Shown here: positions 10,257 through 19,766 of the stretch, in pieces
How the letters are laid out: each line of letters opens with the position of its first letter
Position numbering within the stretch: the first letter of the stretch is position 1
Origin: an uncultured Gammaproteobacteria bacterium
Lineage (GTDB): Bacteria; Patescibacteriota; Microgenomatia; CAZETR01; Amesbacteraceae
Length of the DNA: 64,000 nucleotides
Direction: 5' to 3'
Assembly: GCA_964543035.1 (NCBI GenBank)
Contig: CAZIVL010000001.1
Span: forward strand, 303,736 to 367,735
Notes under the pieces: generated by a model
Database searches by the model: none
The model's input: only the letters and a program-made list of their open reading frames with translations
What the model was told of the DNA's origin: nothing
Position numbers and translations under genes: made by a program

Positions 10257-11530
10257 TAGGCGCTGGTTTTACGGGTCTTGCTGCGGCCTACTCTCTTTCA
10301 AAAATGGGGGTCAAGGTCACCGTATTTGAAAAAGAAAAAAATCCTGGTGGATTGGCAGTTGGCTTTAAGGATCCTAAGTGGGAGTGGACCATAGAGCAGC
10401 ATTATCATCACTGGTTTGTATCTGATCTGGCTATCCAAAAGCTTGCAGCAGAAATTGGTCATCAGGTAACTTTTGTCAGACCAAAGACATCCACATGGTT
10501 TGCGGGTCAAATTGCTCAGCTTGACTCTCCGATTAGCCTTTTGACTTTCAAAGCACTTCCTCTTATCGACAGGTTAAGGACATGCATTGGACTTGCTGCC
10601 ATGAGATTTAACCCCTTTTGGAAAATGTTTGAGTTTGCAACAGCCGAAAGATACATAAAGACCATTATGGGTCAAGCTTCGTGGGACGTGCTCTGGGGGC
10701 CATTGTTTGTTGGCAAATTCTCGTTTCATTACCCCAGGATTTCAGCAACTTGGTTCTGGGCTCGGATTTTCAAGCGTAGCTCATCTTTGGGTTATCCCAA
10801 AGGTGGGTTTCAGGCTTTGGCCGAGGCAGTAGAAAAGGCGGCGATAGACAATGGTGCCAAATTTGTTTACGATTGTGAAGTAGAAAACTTAAGCTCAGAC
10901 AAATCCGGAAAAGTAACTATATCTACAAAGACACAGACACTAACTTTTGATAAAGCGATCTTCACTCTTCCAACGTTTCTATTCCTAAAGATTGCTTCTT
11001 CACTTCCTGATGATTACAAAAAAAAGTATCAGAGTTTGTCAGGAATTGGGGCAGTAAATTTAGTAATAGCTCTAAAGAAACAGTTTTTAACCGACGGGAC
11101 TTATTGGCTGAATATCAATGATCGAAGTATGCCCTATCTGGCCATAGTAGAACACACTAATTTTATGTCCCCCAAGGGGTATGGGGAGGACCATCTCCTC
11201 TATGTTGGCAACTATTTGGCACCAGACCACGAATATTTCAAAAAAACCAGCAATGAATTAGTAAATGAGTTTTTGCCTCACTTAAAAAAAATTAACCCCA
11301 ATTTTGAAAAATCATGGATTAGGAAGGCCTGGGTATTTAAGGCTCCGTTTGCCCAGCCAATAGTTACCTCAAATTATTCCAAAAGCATTCCTCCCTTGAC
11401 CACCCCATTAAAAAATGTGTACTTAGCCAACATTCAACAGGTTTATCCATATGACCGTGGGACAACTTATGCCGTAGAATTAGGTGAGAAGGCTGCCCTG
11501 CTATGTACAACAAAATCAAATCACTCTTAG
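10241..11530 (+). CDS. FAD-dependent oxidoreductase, amine-oxidase/UDP-galactopyranose-mutase-like
   Basis: N-terminal Rossmann dinucleotide motif VAIIGAGFTGLAAA...VFEKEKNPGG; H-rich segment QHYHHWF and C-terminal YPYDRGTTYA resemble Glf; product assignment tentative. Confidence 0.6.
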   Translation: MEVAIIGAGFTGLAAAYSLSKMGVKVTVFEKEKNPGGLAVGFKDPKWEWTIEQHYHHWFVSDLAIQKLAAEIGHQVTFVRPKTSTWFAGQIAQLDSPISLLTFKALPLIDRLRTCIGLAAMRFNPFWKMFEFATAERYIKTIMGQASWDVLWGPLFVGKFSFHYPRISATWFWARIFKRSSSLGYPKGGFQALAEAVEKAAIDNGAKFVYDCEVENLSSDKSGKVTISTKTQTLTFDKAIFTLPTFLFLKIASSLPDDYKKKYQSLSGIGAVNLVIALKKQFLTDGTYWLNINDRSMPYLAIVEHTNFMSPKGYGEDHLLYVGNYLAPDHEYFKKTSNELVNEFLPHLKKINPNFEKSWIRKAWVFKAPFAQPIVTSNYSKSIPPLTTPLKNVYLANIQQVYPYDRGTTYAVELGEKAALLCTTKSNHS

Positions 11531-12756
11531 AGACTAGCACTGTTCGACAGTCATCAATAACCACAATCTCGACCTTTGCTTCAGCAGCTCTCGGGGCTGT
11601 ATTTTACTTGATACTGGCCAGGCTCCTGGGAACTTCAGATTACGGACTATTCTCTCTCAGTCTGTCCATATTGGTCACCTCGGTAACGATTGCCGATGTG
11701 GGAATGGGTCAGGGGATCATTAGATTTATTGGCGAAAACCGAGATTCAGACAAATATCTTGGATATGCCAATTTTGCACTCAAGACGAAGCTCTTTCTTG
11801 CACTTGTCTGTTGGTTGGGTCTAACACTCTTTGCCTCTCCGATAGCGAGTTTGATTAGTCAGCCCAGTCTCGTTGACACCCTTCCAGTAGTGGGTTTCGG
11901 CACTTTTGCGTTTATCATGGCCTCTTACTCGTTCTCCATGTTGCAATCCTTACAGAAATTTTCTATTTGGGGGGGGCTTCAGGTAGGTTCAAACTTGATT
12001 CGGTTGTTCATACTCTGGACTATGTCTTTTCTAGTCCCCGTCGATACCCACTTGGCCATTTTAGTCTTCGGTTTCACTTCTCTTTTTAGCTTTTTGCTAT
12101 CTTGGTTTTGGCTAGACAAAAAAATCTGGATAGCCAGATCAAATACGACACATGCATTACATTTTTGGAATTTCAACAAATGGACTGCATCATTTAGTAT
12201 GTTGTCGTCAGTGGTATCACGCCTAGATATATTTCTTGCCAGTCGGTATCTTGATCTGTCTACCATAGGCTCATATTCATTGGCAGTTACTATGGTTTCG
12301 TTCATGCCGCAATTATCGGTGGCGATTGGTGCAGTCACTTCAGCAAAGCTTGCAAATAAGTCTGATCCGCGCGATGCAAAGAGATATCTTCGAAAGTCTA
12401 CTATTTTTTTGACACTGGTCAGTATTGGAGTTGCACTGCTTATGATACCCACAGCCCTTGTTGTGGTCCGGTTTGCAGGAACAGGATATTCAGCAGCGCT
12501 TCCACCATTTTTCGTGCTTCTTGTGTCCCAAATCATCTTCATGATGGGCAACCCCTTAAGAGACTATATCCTCTACTTCCTCAAAACTCCCAGAGTCTTT
12601 TTTTGGACTGCCATTGTTCAAGGTATTGTAGTGGTGGTTTCGGGCGTATTGCTAATCCCCAAGTTTGGTAACGTAGGGACAGCCCTTTCGGTTTTTGCCA
12701 GTCTACTAGCTCTAACTGGGTCATGTCTCTACTTTTTCTATCGTAAAAGCAAATGA
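11503..12756 (+). CDS. Oligosaccharide flippase (Wzx/MOP superfamily polysaccharide biosynthesis protein)
   Basis: 417 aa, ~12 TM helices, typical Wzx topology; located in the glycan locus. Confidence 0.7.
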   Translation: MYNKIKSLLETSTVRQSSITTISTFASAALGAVFYLILARLLGTSDYGLFSLSLSILVTSVTIADVGMGQGIIRFIGENRDSDKYLGYANFALKTKLFLALVCWLGLTLFASPIASLISQPSLVDTLPVVGFGTFAFIMASYSFSMLQSLQKFSIWGGLQVGSNLIRLFILWTMSFLVPVDTHLAILVFGFTSLFSFLLSWFWLDKKIWIARSNTTHALHFWNFNKWTASFSMLSSVVSRLDIFLASRYLDLSTIGSYSLAVTMVSFMPQLSVAIGAVTSAKLANKSDPRDAKRYLRKSTIFLTLVSIGVALLMIPTALVVVRFAGTGYSAALPPFFVLLVSQIIFMMGNPLRDYILYFLKTPRVFFWTAIVQGIVVVVSGVLLIPKFGNVGTALSVFASLLALTGSCLYFFYRKSK

Positions 12757-13577
12757 AAATAGTCGCCCATACAATAATAAAAAATGAACAAAACTGGATC
12801 TGGTATTCTCTCAATTCAGTTCTGGATTATGTAGATGAAATCATGGTCTGGGATACTGGATCCACTGACTCCACAATAGATATTGTCAAATCTATATCTA
12901 GTCCCAAAATAAAACTTCATCAAGTAAAGGATATTGACCCAAACTCATTTACCCAAGCTCGACAAAAAATGTTGGAGGCTACTCACGCCGATTGGCTAAT
13001 GGTTCTCGATGGGGACGAAGTTTGGCCTGATGATCAAATATCAAAGACTATCAAAAAAATTCGTTTCGAAATTTCCAATGTTGAATATTTAGTTCATCAC
13101 TATTTCAACCTTTTGGGTGATGTGTTTCACTACCAAGACGAGTCTGCTGGAAGATATCAGATTCAAGGACGCATGGGCAATTTAACTATCAGATTTATAA
13201 ATCTGAAGCGAGTTCCCGGTCTGCATTTCGCAAAACCACACGGTCAGCAAGGTCTGCTTGATGCTGATGATGTCTTAATTCAGGACCGTACCCCTTTCGC
13301 AGGCAGCATGACTGACTTGTATTTTCTTCACATGACTCACCTAGCCAGGTCCCCTCAAGATGTTCAAACCATGAAAAGATCGTTTAAATTTAAATACGAA
13401 TTAGGGCACTTATTCCCTAGTGATTTTTCTTACCCTAAGCATTTTTTCACCCCCCACAATACATTTATACCCAGCCCGTGGAAGAAAAGAGACTTTTTAT
13501 ATTTTGGCCTTGCAGCTGTTCAAACCCCACTCAAATTGATAAAAAGAGCTCTAGTGGTGTCTCCTAGTGGGTACTAA
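12753..13577 (+). CDS. Glycosyltransferase family 2-like
   Basis: AHTIIKNEQ...VWDTGSTDST and LDGDE (DxD) motifs; 274 aa. Confidence 0.65.
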   Translation: MKIVAHTIIKNEQNWIWYSLNSVLDYVDEIMVWDTGSTDSTIDIVKSISSPKIKLHQVKDIDPNSFTQARQKMLEATHADWLMVLDGDEVWPDDQISKTIKKIRFEISNVEYLVHHYFNLLGDVFHYQDESAGRYQIQGRMGNLTIRFINLKRVPGLHFAKPHGQQGLLDADDVLIQDRTPFAGSMTDLYFLHMTHLARSPQDVQTMKRSFKFKYELGHLFPSDFSYPKHFFTPHNTFIPSPWKKRDFLYFGLAAVQTPLKLIKRALVVSPSGY

Positions 13578-15430
13578 TCCAAAAAATATTGCCTATACCA
13601 CAAGTCCAGCGTCAAAAGACTCCAGAGCTTTGGCCCATAATCGGATTTTATAGAGTGTGAGGACAGCATTCTCTGCACCTCATCAGTCCTAAACAACAGT
13701 CTGACAATTGACTTTTTAGATTTGATTTGAGCAGTCATATACGCATTGAGCTCTCCTGAGAACCACTTGTCCAGGGGTATCGAGAACCCCATCTTTTTTC
13801 TATAAAGATTTTCGTGAGGTACGACTGATTCCAACGCTTTTTTTAAAATATACTTATTCACACCGCCCTTTACTTTGAGGTTGTAAGGAATTTTTGATGT
13901 CAGCTCAATCATTTTGTGATCAGAAAATGGCGATCTGGCCTCCAGGCTGGCAGCCATGCTAGCAATATCGATCTTGGGAAGTTGGCTATCGGCCAAATAG
14001 ATAGATTCATCAGCAAAAATCAGACTATCTCGCACATCTCGGACTCCGGCCTCATCGCATTTATTTTTCCAGAAATCATAGGCACTACTGTCAGTAGCCA
14101 GCTCCATCATTCTTTTTCCATACAGGCTCAATTTTTCGGATCTAGTAAAATAACAGTTATATTCCAGATATCTGTCTCTTATATCTACTTTTTGTCTGTC
14201 CACAAATCTCTTACCCCGAGGCCATACTGAAGCCATCCATCCTACCGTCGAAAAAAGCGATGGAGCCCTTCCTAGTACATAGTCACGAGCCAATTTATTG
14301 TGTCTTAAATAACCACAAAAGCTTTCGTCGCTTCCATCTCCGTTCAAAACAACTTTTACGAATTTTCCCGCCAACTGACAAATCATATAAGAGATTACTG
14401 CGCTTCCATCGGCAAAGGGTTCTTCGTACTGTTTTACGATTTCTGGTAACAGCTCTATAGATTGGGGACTGACAACCAGTTCCAAGTGATCTGTACCAAA
14501 TTTGTTTGCAATTTGTTTCGCGTATTTTCTTTCGTCACTTCTTTCATCATTAAAACCTATTGTAAAAGTCCTGACTGCTTGATTTGAATTTTTTGCCATT
14601 AGTGCTACCACTGCACTGGAATCCACGCCTCCAGACAAAAAGGCTCCGACCGGTACATCAGATATCATTCTCAGTTTCACAGAATCTTCTAGTTCTTTCA
14701 GGATTCTCTCGCACCACTCTGTCTCAGATAGTTGCAACTTTTGATTAAAATCAGGTTGCCAATATTTATGTTTCTTAATTTCTCCGCTCTCCAGATCTAT
14801 TAGCATATAGGTAGCAGGTTCCAGCTTAAATATTTTTTCAAATCCGGTCATAGGTGAGGGACAATACCCAAATGTAAGATAGTAATGAATAGCCAGCCAG
14901 TCAGGACATCTCTTCACTTCTTTTTGTGACAAAATAGCTTTCAGTTCTGAAGCAAATAAAAATGTATTTTTGTCCCAATAGTATTTTAGGGGCTTCTTAC
15001 CCACTCGATCTCTTGCCAAAAAAACAATGTTTCTTTTTGTATCGTAAATCGCAAATGCAAACATTCCTCTTAAATACTTCAAACAATCAGTCCCATACTC
15101 GTTATACAATGCCAATATCACTTCTGTGTCAGATCTAGATTTAAACCTATACCCCTTTTTTATAAGTTTAAGAGCCTCTTCTTGAAAGTTGTATATCTCG
15201 CCGTTAAACACTATCCAATAATTATTTTTATAGCTCATTGGTTGATGACCTTTTTCACTCAGGTCCAGGATAGAGAGCCTCCGACTCACCAGCCCCACTC
15301 TTCGATTTCCTGACACAAATATCCCTTCATCATCCGGTCCACGGTGAGCTATTTTTCCCGCCATTTGTAACAAATTTTCTTTCAGTATCAAGTTATTTCC
15401 AAAGCTTATTTTTCCGGCAATTCCACACAT
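13574..15430 (-). CDS. asnB: Asparagine synthetase (glutamine-hydrolysing) family amidotransferase
   Basis: N-terminal MCGIAG nucleophile, SGGVDSS PP-loop, 618 aa; only - strand gene in the glycan island, convergent 4-nt overlap with the upstream GT2. Confidence 0.85.
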   Translation of the reverse strand: MCGIAGKISFGNNLILKENLLQMAGKIAHRGPDDEGIFVSGNRRVGLVSRRLSILDLSEKGHQPMSYKNNYWIVFNGEIYNFQEEALKLIKKGYRFKSRSDTEVILALYNEYGTDCLKYLRGMFAFAIYDTKRNIVFLARDRVGKKPLKYYWDKNTFLFASELKAILSQKEVKRCPDWLAIHYYLTFGYCPSPMTGFEKIFKLEPATYMLIDLESGEIKKHKYWQPDFNQKLQLSETEWCERILKELEDSVKLRMISDVPVGAFLSGGVDSSAVVALMAKNSNQAVRTFTIGFNDERSDERKYAKQIANKFGTDHLELVVSPQSIELLPEIVKQYEEPFADGSAVISYMICQLAGKFVKVVLNGDGSDESFCGYLRHNKLARDYVLGRAPSLFSTVGWMASVWPRGKRFVDRQKVDIRDRYLEYNCYFTRSEKLSLYGKRMMELATDSSAYDFWKNKCDEAGVRDVRDSLIFADESIYLADSQLPKIDIASMAASLEARSPFSDHKMIELTSKIPYNLKVKGGVNKYILKKALESVVPHENLYRKKMGFSIPLDKWFSGELNAYMTAQIKSKKSIVRLLFRTDEVQRMLSSHSIKSDYGPKLWSLLTLDLWYRQYFLD

Positions 15431-15471
15431 TGTGAGAGAGTATACACCAAGGCAAATTAGCTGTTAAAATT

Positions 15472-16170
15472 GTGAGCGTGACCGATCCAATAGGAGAACA
15501 GACTTTGTCAGTCATGTCTCAAGCAAGCCACTACAATTACTGGCTATTTTCTCAGGTCAGACCATTTTTATCTTCTCCCCTAGTAGAAGTCGGCGCAGGT
15601 ATTGGAAACTTTTTACCATTATTTACTGCATCGGGTCTACAGACAACCGCAGTAGATTACAACTCTGAATATTTGGCCAAAATAAAAAAAGAGTACGATG
15701 TCGACACTTGTCAGTTCGACCTCCAAAAAGTCTCAGTACCTCAAGTTCTTTACCAAAAGTTTAATTCGGCAGTTAGTCTAAATGTCTTGGAGCACATCCC
15801 AAATATTTCCCAAGCCATGAAAAATATTTATTCTATGCTCAAACCAGGTGGTACTGCAGTAATACTGGTCCCCAGTTTCAATCTTGCTTACAATAAGTTT
15901 GACAAGGGTCTGGGACATGTAAAGCGGTATTCAATACCCGAAATAAATAATCTGGCAAAAAAAGCGGGCTTTACTATCCAAAAATCATACTATATAAATC
16001 CGTTGGGCTTATTGGGATGGATTGTTTTTGGACTTGTGTCACCCAAAGACACATTTTCTGAAAACCCGGTCAAAATATTTGATTACATCTCCAGACCATT
16101 TTTATTTCTTGAAAGATTTATTCACCCCCCCGTTGGTATATCTCTCATCACTGTACTGAAAAAACTATGA
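15472..16170 (+). CDS. Class I SAM-dependent methyltransferase
   Basis: VEVGAGIGNF motif I, LKPGG motif; GTG start in track, alternative ATG at 15514. Confidence 0.7.
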   Translation: MSVTDPIGEQTLSVMSQASHYNYWLFSQVRPFLSSPLVEVGAGIGNFLPLFTASGLQTTAVDYNSEYLAKIKKEYDVDTCQFDLQKVSVPQVLYQKFNSAVSLNVLEHIPNISQAMKNIYSMLKPGGTAVILVPSFNLAYNKFDKGLGHVKRYSIPEINNLAKKAGFTIQKSYYINPLGLLGWIVFGLVSPKDTFSENPVKIFDYISRPFLFLERFIHPPVGISLITVLKKL

Positions 16171-16871
16171 AAGTTTCCATAATTGTTCCGGTGTTTAATG
16201 AAGAAAAGACAATCGGAGAGATACTAAAGCGAATCAAAAAAGCCCCATTGCCTGCAAGATTTACCAAAGAAATTATCGTCATAGACGATGCCTCAAGTGA
16301 CTTTACTCCTAAGATTCTCAAAAAACAAAAAGAAATTACACTAGTTACACACCCAAAAAACAAAGGCAAAGGAGCGGCCATAAAGTCGGGAGTTGCGAAA
16401 GCCAAGGGCGACATTATCCTTGTTCAGGATGCAGATCTCGAATATTCTCCCAGTGATTACAAAAAATTACTTATCCCCTTTTATAACTCCGATTGTCAGG
16501 CTGTTTTTGGCACCCGGCTTATTCATTACCCTTTGGTCTTTTTTGGGCCAAACAAGACCCCCATGCCTATTCACCTGTTAGCAAATCGTGTTCTATCTAG
16601 ACTTACCAATCTCTTGTACGGGGGATCAGTATCAGACATGGAAACCTGTTTCAAGCTCATTAGAGCCAAGTTATTTAGGCAGCTGGACATTCAGGCAGAT
16701 AGATTTGATTTTGAGCCTGAAATAACCGCCAAGCTTCTAAAAAAACACATAAAAATTTACGAAATTCCGATCTCAGTCCGCCCTCGGTCATACAAAGAAG
16801 GAAAAAAGATCAGCTGGAAAGATGGCCTTCATGCCGTCTATACTTTATTCAAATATCGTCTCTTACAATGA
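16167..16871 (+). CDS. GT2 polyprenyl-phosphate sugar synthase (dolichol-phosphate-mannose synthase DPM1-like)
   Basis: VSIIVPVFNEE...VIDDASSD, QDADLEYSP; 234 aa soluble GT2 of the DPM1/GtrB size class. Confidence 0.8.
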   Translation: MKVSIIVPVFNEEKTIGEILKRIKKAPLPARFTKEIIVIDDASSDFTPKILKKQKEITLVTHPKNKGKGAAIKSGVAKAKGDIILVQDADLEYSPSDYKKLLIPFYNSDCQAVFGTRLIHYPLVFFGPNKTPMPIHLLANRVLSRLTNLLYGGSVSDMETCFKLIRAKLFRQLDIQADRFDFEPEITAKLLKKHIKIYEIPISVRPRSYKEGKKISWKDGLHAVYTLFKYRLLQ

Positions 16872-17749
16872 AAAAAATCGCCATCTTGTCATATTTTTCC
16901 GGAAAGATGAACAGGGGAGTGGAGTCGTGGGCCGAAAGTGTAAAATCTCATGTGACGAGTTTTCAGTTTGACATCATTAGTGGAAATTTTGCTTACAATC
17001 CTTTCACTTGGTTTGGATATGACCTCATTATTTCTACGAATGGCCGCCTGCAAGTTTTCTTGTGTAGGTTGTTTACCTGGATAACGAAGAAAAAAATGGT
17101 TGTTTTTGGCCACTCAGGTCCAGGGGCAGACGACAAATGGAATTTGCTGTGTTCTCCAGACGTCTTTGTAAGCTTCACAAACGCACAATCGCAATGGGTA
17201 AATAGGTTCAAATATCCATGGACAAAATCAATTGTTATTTCTCACGCCGTTGATACAAAAGTCTTCACTCCAGGGAAAAAACCCAAGAATCCAACCATTC
17301 TTTGTGTTGCGGCAAACACTGCTTCAAAAAGGACTCACCTAATCAAGTCCGCCCATGACAGGCTTCCCGAAACAGATCTTTTACTAGTCGGTCCCGGCCA
17401 ACCCGAAGAATTCACTTTTGACCAAATGCCAGATGTCTACAAAAAGGCATCCTTATTTTGTTTTGTTCCAAAACCCCACGAAGCTTTCGGACTGGTTCTA
17501 CTAGAGGCTCTTTCTTCCAATTTGCCTGTGGTGACAATTGATGACGAGGTAAGAAGAGAGATCGTGGGCGAGGCTGGGTTGTATATTTCAGACCCAGAGA
17601 ATATTGAGGAGTTATCTCTCATAATTTCCAAGGCTATAGAAACAGAGTGGACCAATCGTCCGCGCAAACAGGCGGAAAAATTTTCCTGGGATGTTATTTC
17701 CAAAAGATATCACGATCTATGCAGAGAGCTTTGCTTATCTTTGTCATAA
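16868..17749 (+). CDS. Glycosyltransferase family 4 (GT-B)
   Basis: C-terminal EAFGLVLLEALSSNLPVV motif typical of GT4. Confidence 0.75.
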   Translation: MKKIAILSYFSGKMNRGVESWAESVKSHVTSFQFDIISGNFAYNPFTWFGYDLIISTNGRLQVFLCRLFTWITKKKMVVFGHSGPGADDKWNLLCSPDVFVSFTNAQSQWVNRFKYPWTKSIVISHAVDTKVFTPGKKPKNPTILCVAANTASKRTHLIKSAHDRLPETDLLLVGPGQPEEFTFDQMPDVYKKASLFCFVPKPHEAFGLVLLEALSSNLPVVTIDDEVRREIVGEAGLYISDPENIEELSLIISKAIETEWTNRPRKQAEKFSWDVISKRYHDLCRELCLSLS

Positions 17750-19005
17750 TTTCTCTTATTCCACTTTTCAAGCCAGGACTTTACACTAGCCACGATGGTG
17801 AAAATCATTTGGTCAGATTGGCCTACTTTCACAAATACTTATCAGAAGGTTATATCGTCCCAAAATGGATTTCTGAGTTAAATTCAGGCTTGGGATATCC
17901 AATATTTTATTTCATCAATCCTCTTCCATATTACTTGGGCAGTCTTCCCAAACTAGTTAGTTTTTCGACTATAGATTCACTAAAAATTGTCCTTTTTGTA
18001 TCTACGATTATTGGAGCTTTTGGTGTGTATTATTGGGTACTTGGACTCGTAAAGCATCGAAGTTTGGCATTCTTGGCAGCAGTAATTTATGTATTCACTC
18101 CCTACCGATTCGTCGATGTATTCGTCCGCCTTGCCTTATCTGAGATTGTTTTTCTAGCGGTGATTCCCTGGGCATTTTACAGAGCTACCCCGTACACCCT
18201 AAGTCTACTCATCCTATCTCATACCCAGCTTACTGTCCTATTTTTCCCCCTTCTATTTATTTACTCATATCTCAATCAGAGTGTATCTAGTTTTCTAAAA
18301 CATACTTTACTGGCACTAGGACTTACAGCCTTTTTCTGGCTGCCTTCGGTAGTTCTTATTTCTTACACCAAATTTGATTCACTAGTTCAGTTTCCACCCG
18401 CAAGCCACATGCCCACGCTTCGCCAACTCATCTACTCGCCTTGGGGATTCGGGTTTTCCCATCCAGGGCCAGCAGACGAAATGTCATTTCAGGTAGGTGT
18501 TGCAAACTGGCTATCTTTATTTTTGGGGTCAGTTATTGTTTTTGTAAAAAAGGACAAAATTCTGGGATTTTTTGTGTTGATTACCTGGATCACAATAATT
18601 TTTATGTTTACCAATTTTTTTGGTGTTTGGGATACCAGTTTCACACACTTTATCCAATTTCCTTGGCGTCTTTTAGCCATTCCTTTGATACTTACGCCTG
18701 TCATCGTGTCGCTCGCTCTTAGTTACTTGTCCTCGCGTAACATCGCCCTTGTTACAGTGTTTTTGATATTGGTGGCAATATATACAAATAGAAATCACAT
18801 TACGACAAACATGCCTCAATTTCTGTTAGTTCAGGACAAATATTTTTTCCAGGCCCACAAGACTACCACTGCCACTCCAGATGAACTCATGCCAAAGGGT
18901 ATATTTCCACAGAGTCACCCGGTTATAGCAATCTCCTACGGTATATCAAGCTTCAGTGTAGTATTAATGTTACTTATACATTTATGGAAAAAGAAAAACC
19001 AATAA
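17719..19005 (+). CDS. Polytopic membrane protein, GT-C-like (YfhO/mannosyltransferase-like first-loop motif)
   Basis: About 11 TM helices; first extracytoplasmic loop SHDGENHLVRL resembles the D..H..R loop of GT-C enzymes; start moved to the internal Met to limit overlap. Confidence 0.7.
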   Translation: MQRALLIFVIISLIPLFKPGLYTSHDGENHLVRLAYFHKYLSEGYIVPKWISELNSGLGYPIFYFINPLPYYLGSLPKLVSFSTIDSLKIVLFVSTIIGAFGVYYWVLGLVKHRSLAFLAAVIYVFTPYRFVDVFVRLALSEIVFLAVIPWAFYRATPYTLSLLILSHTQLTVLFFPLLFIYSYLNQSVSSFLKHTLLALGLTAFFWLPSVVLISYTKFDSLVQFPPASHMPTLRQLIYSPWGFGFSHPGPADEMSFQVGVANWLSLFLGSVIVFVKKDKILGFFVLITWITIIFMFTNFFGVWDTSFTHFIQFPWRLLAIPLILTPVIVSLALSYLSSRNIALVTVFLILVAIYTNRNHITTNMPQFLLVQDKYFFQAHKTTTATPDELMPKGIFPQSHPVIAISYGISSFSVVLMLLIHLWKKKNQ

Positions 19006-19766
19006 TTTCAGGAGTCGTAGTCACAAAAAACTGCTGCAAAGAGTTGCCAGACTGTTTGGCTAGCTTGCAAGGATTGGTCGACGAAATTGTGGTGGTGGAT
19101 CTGGGATCTTCAGACGATACTATCAGTGTGGCCAATCATTTTAAGGCCAGGGTACTCACTCATGAGCCAGTGCATTACGTCGAATTGATTCGTCAATACG
19201 CTATTTCACAAGCACGAGGTGAATGGGTAATGGTAATGGACCCCGATGAGCGTGTATCCCCCTCTCTGGCAAATAGGCTAAAGGACCTGATTCCCCAAAG
19301 TAAAATAGTTGCAGCAAACATTTCACGGAAAAATATCTTTTTTTCTCGCTGGGTAAGGCATACCAATTTTTGGCCGGACAGACAAATACGTTTTTTTAGA
19401 AAATCGTGTGTTAGTTGGAACACTCAAATTCATAGTTATCCTGAGGTCAAGGGTGAGATTCTAGATTTGCCTGCAACTGAAGACTTAGCCCTTATCCATT
19501 ATGGGTACGAAAGTTATGATGAGTTTTATGCTCGTCAAAATCGTTATTCCAGCGTAGAAGCAGAAAATCTAATTAAAAAAAGGGAGTCATTCAGTTATCT
19601 AAAACTATTTTGGAAACCCATGAGAGAAGTACTAGTACGTCTTATCAAACACGCGGGATTTTTGGATGGCTTCTTGGGTCTATCCTTAGTTTACTCACTA
19701 GCTATCTATCAATTATCGGTGCAAATAAAATTATGGGAAAAAACTCAAAAATTACACTTATCATAG
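18984..19766 (+). CDS. Glycosyltransferase family 2
   Basis: GVVVTKNCCKEL...VVDLGSSDDT, MDPDERV. Confidence 0.75.
   Translation: MEKEKPIISGVVVTKNCCKELPDCLASLQGLVDEIVVVDLGSSDDTISVANHFKARVLTHEPVHYVELIRQYAISQARGEWVMVMDPDERVSPSLANRLKDLIPQSKIVAANISRKNIFFSRWVRHTNFWPDRQIRFFRKSCVSWNTQIHSYPEVKGEILDLPATEDLALIHYGYESYDEFYARQNRYSSVEAENLIKKRESFSYLKLFWKPMREVLVRLIKHAGFLDGFLGLSLVYSLAIYQLSVQIKLWEKTQKLHLS

Noticed and set aside
11979-12551. 190-aa ORF on the - strand
   Set aside because: Lies entirely antisense within the Wzx flippase gene (11503-12756). Low-complexity translation, no motif. Treated as a spurious shadow ORF.
17647-17718. Upstream start for the 452-aa membrane protein and the 19610 start for the ArnT-like gene
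   Set aside because: Both extended starts create 100-150-nt overlaps with the preceding genes and add non-hydrophobic leaders. Internal Mets (17719 and 19733) immediately precede TM1 and give the short overlaps seen elsewhere in the island.
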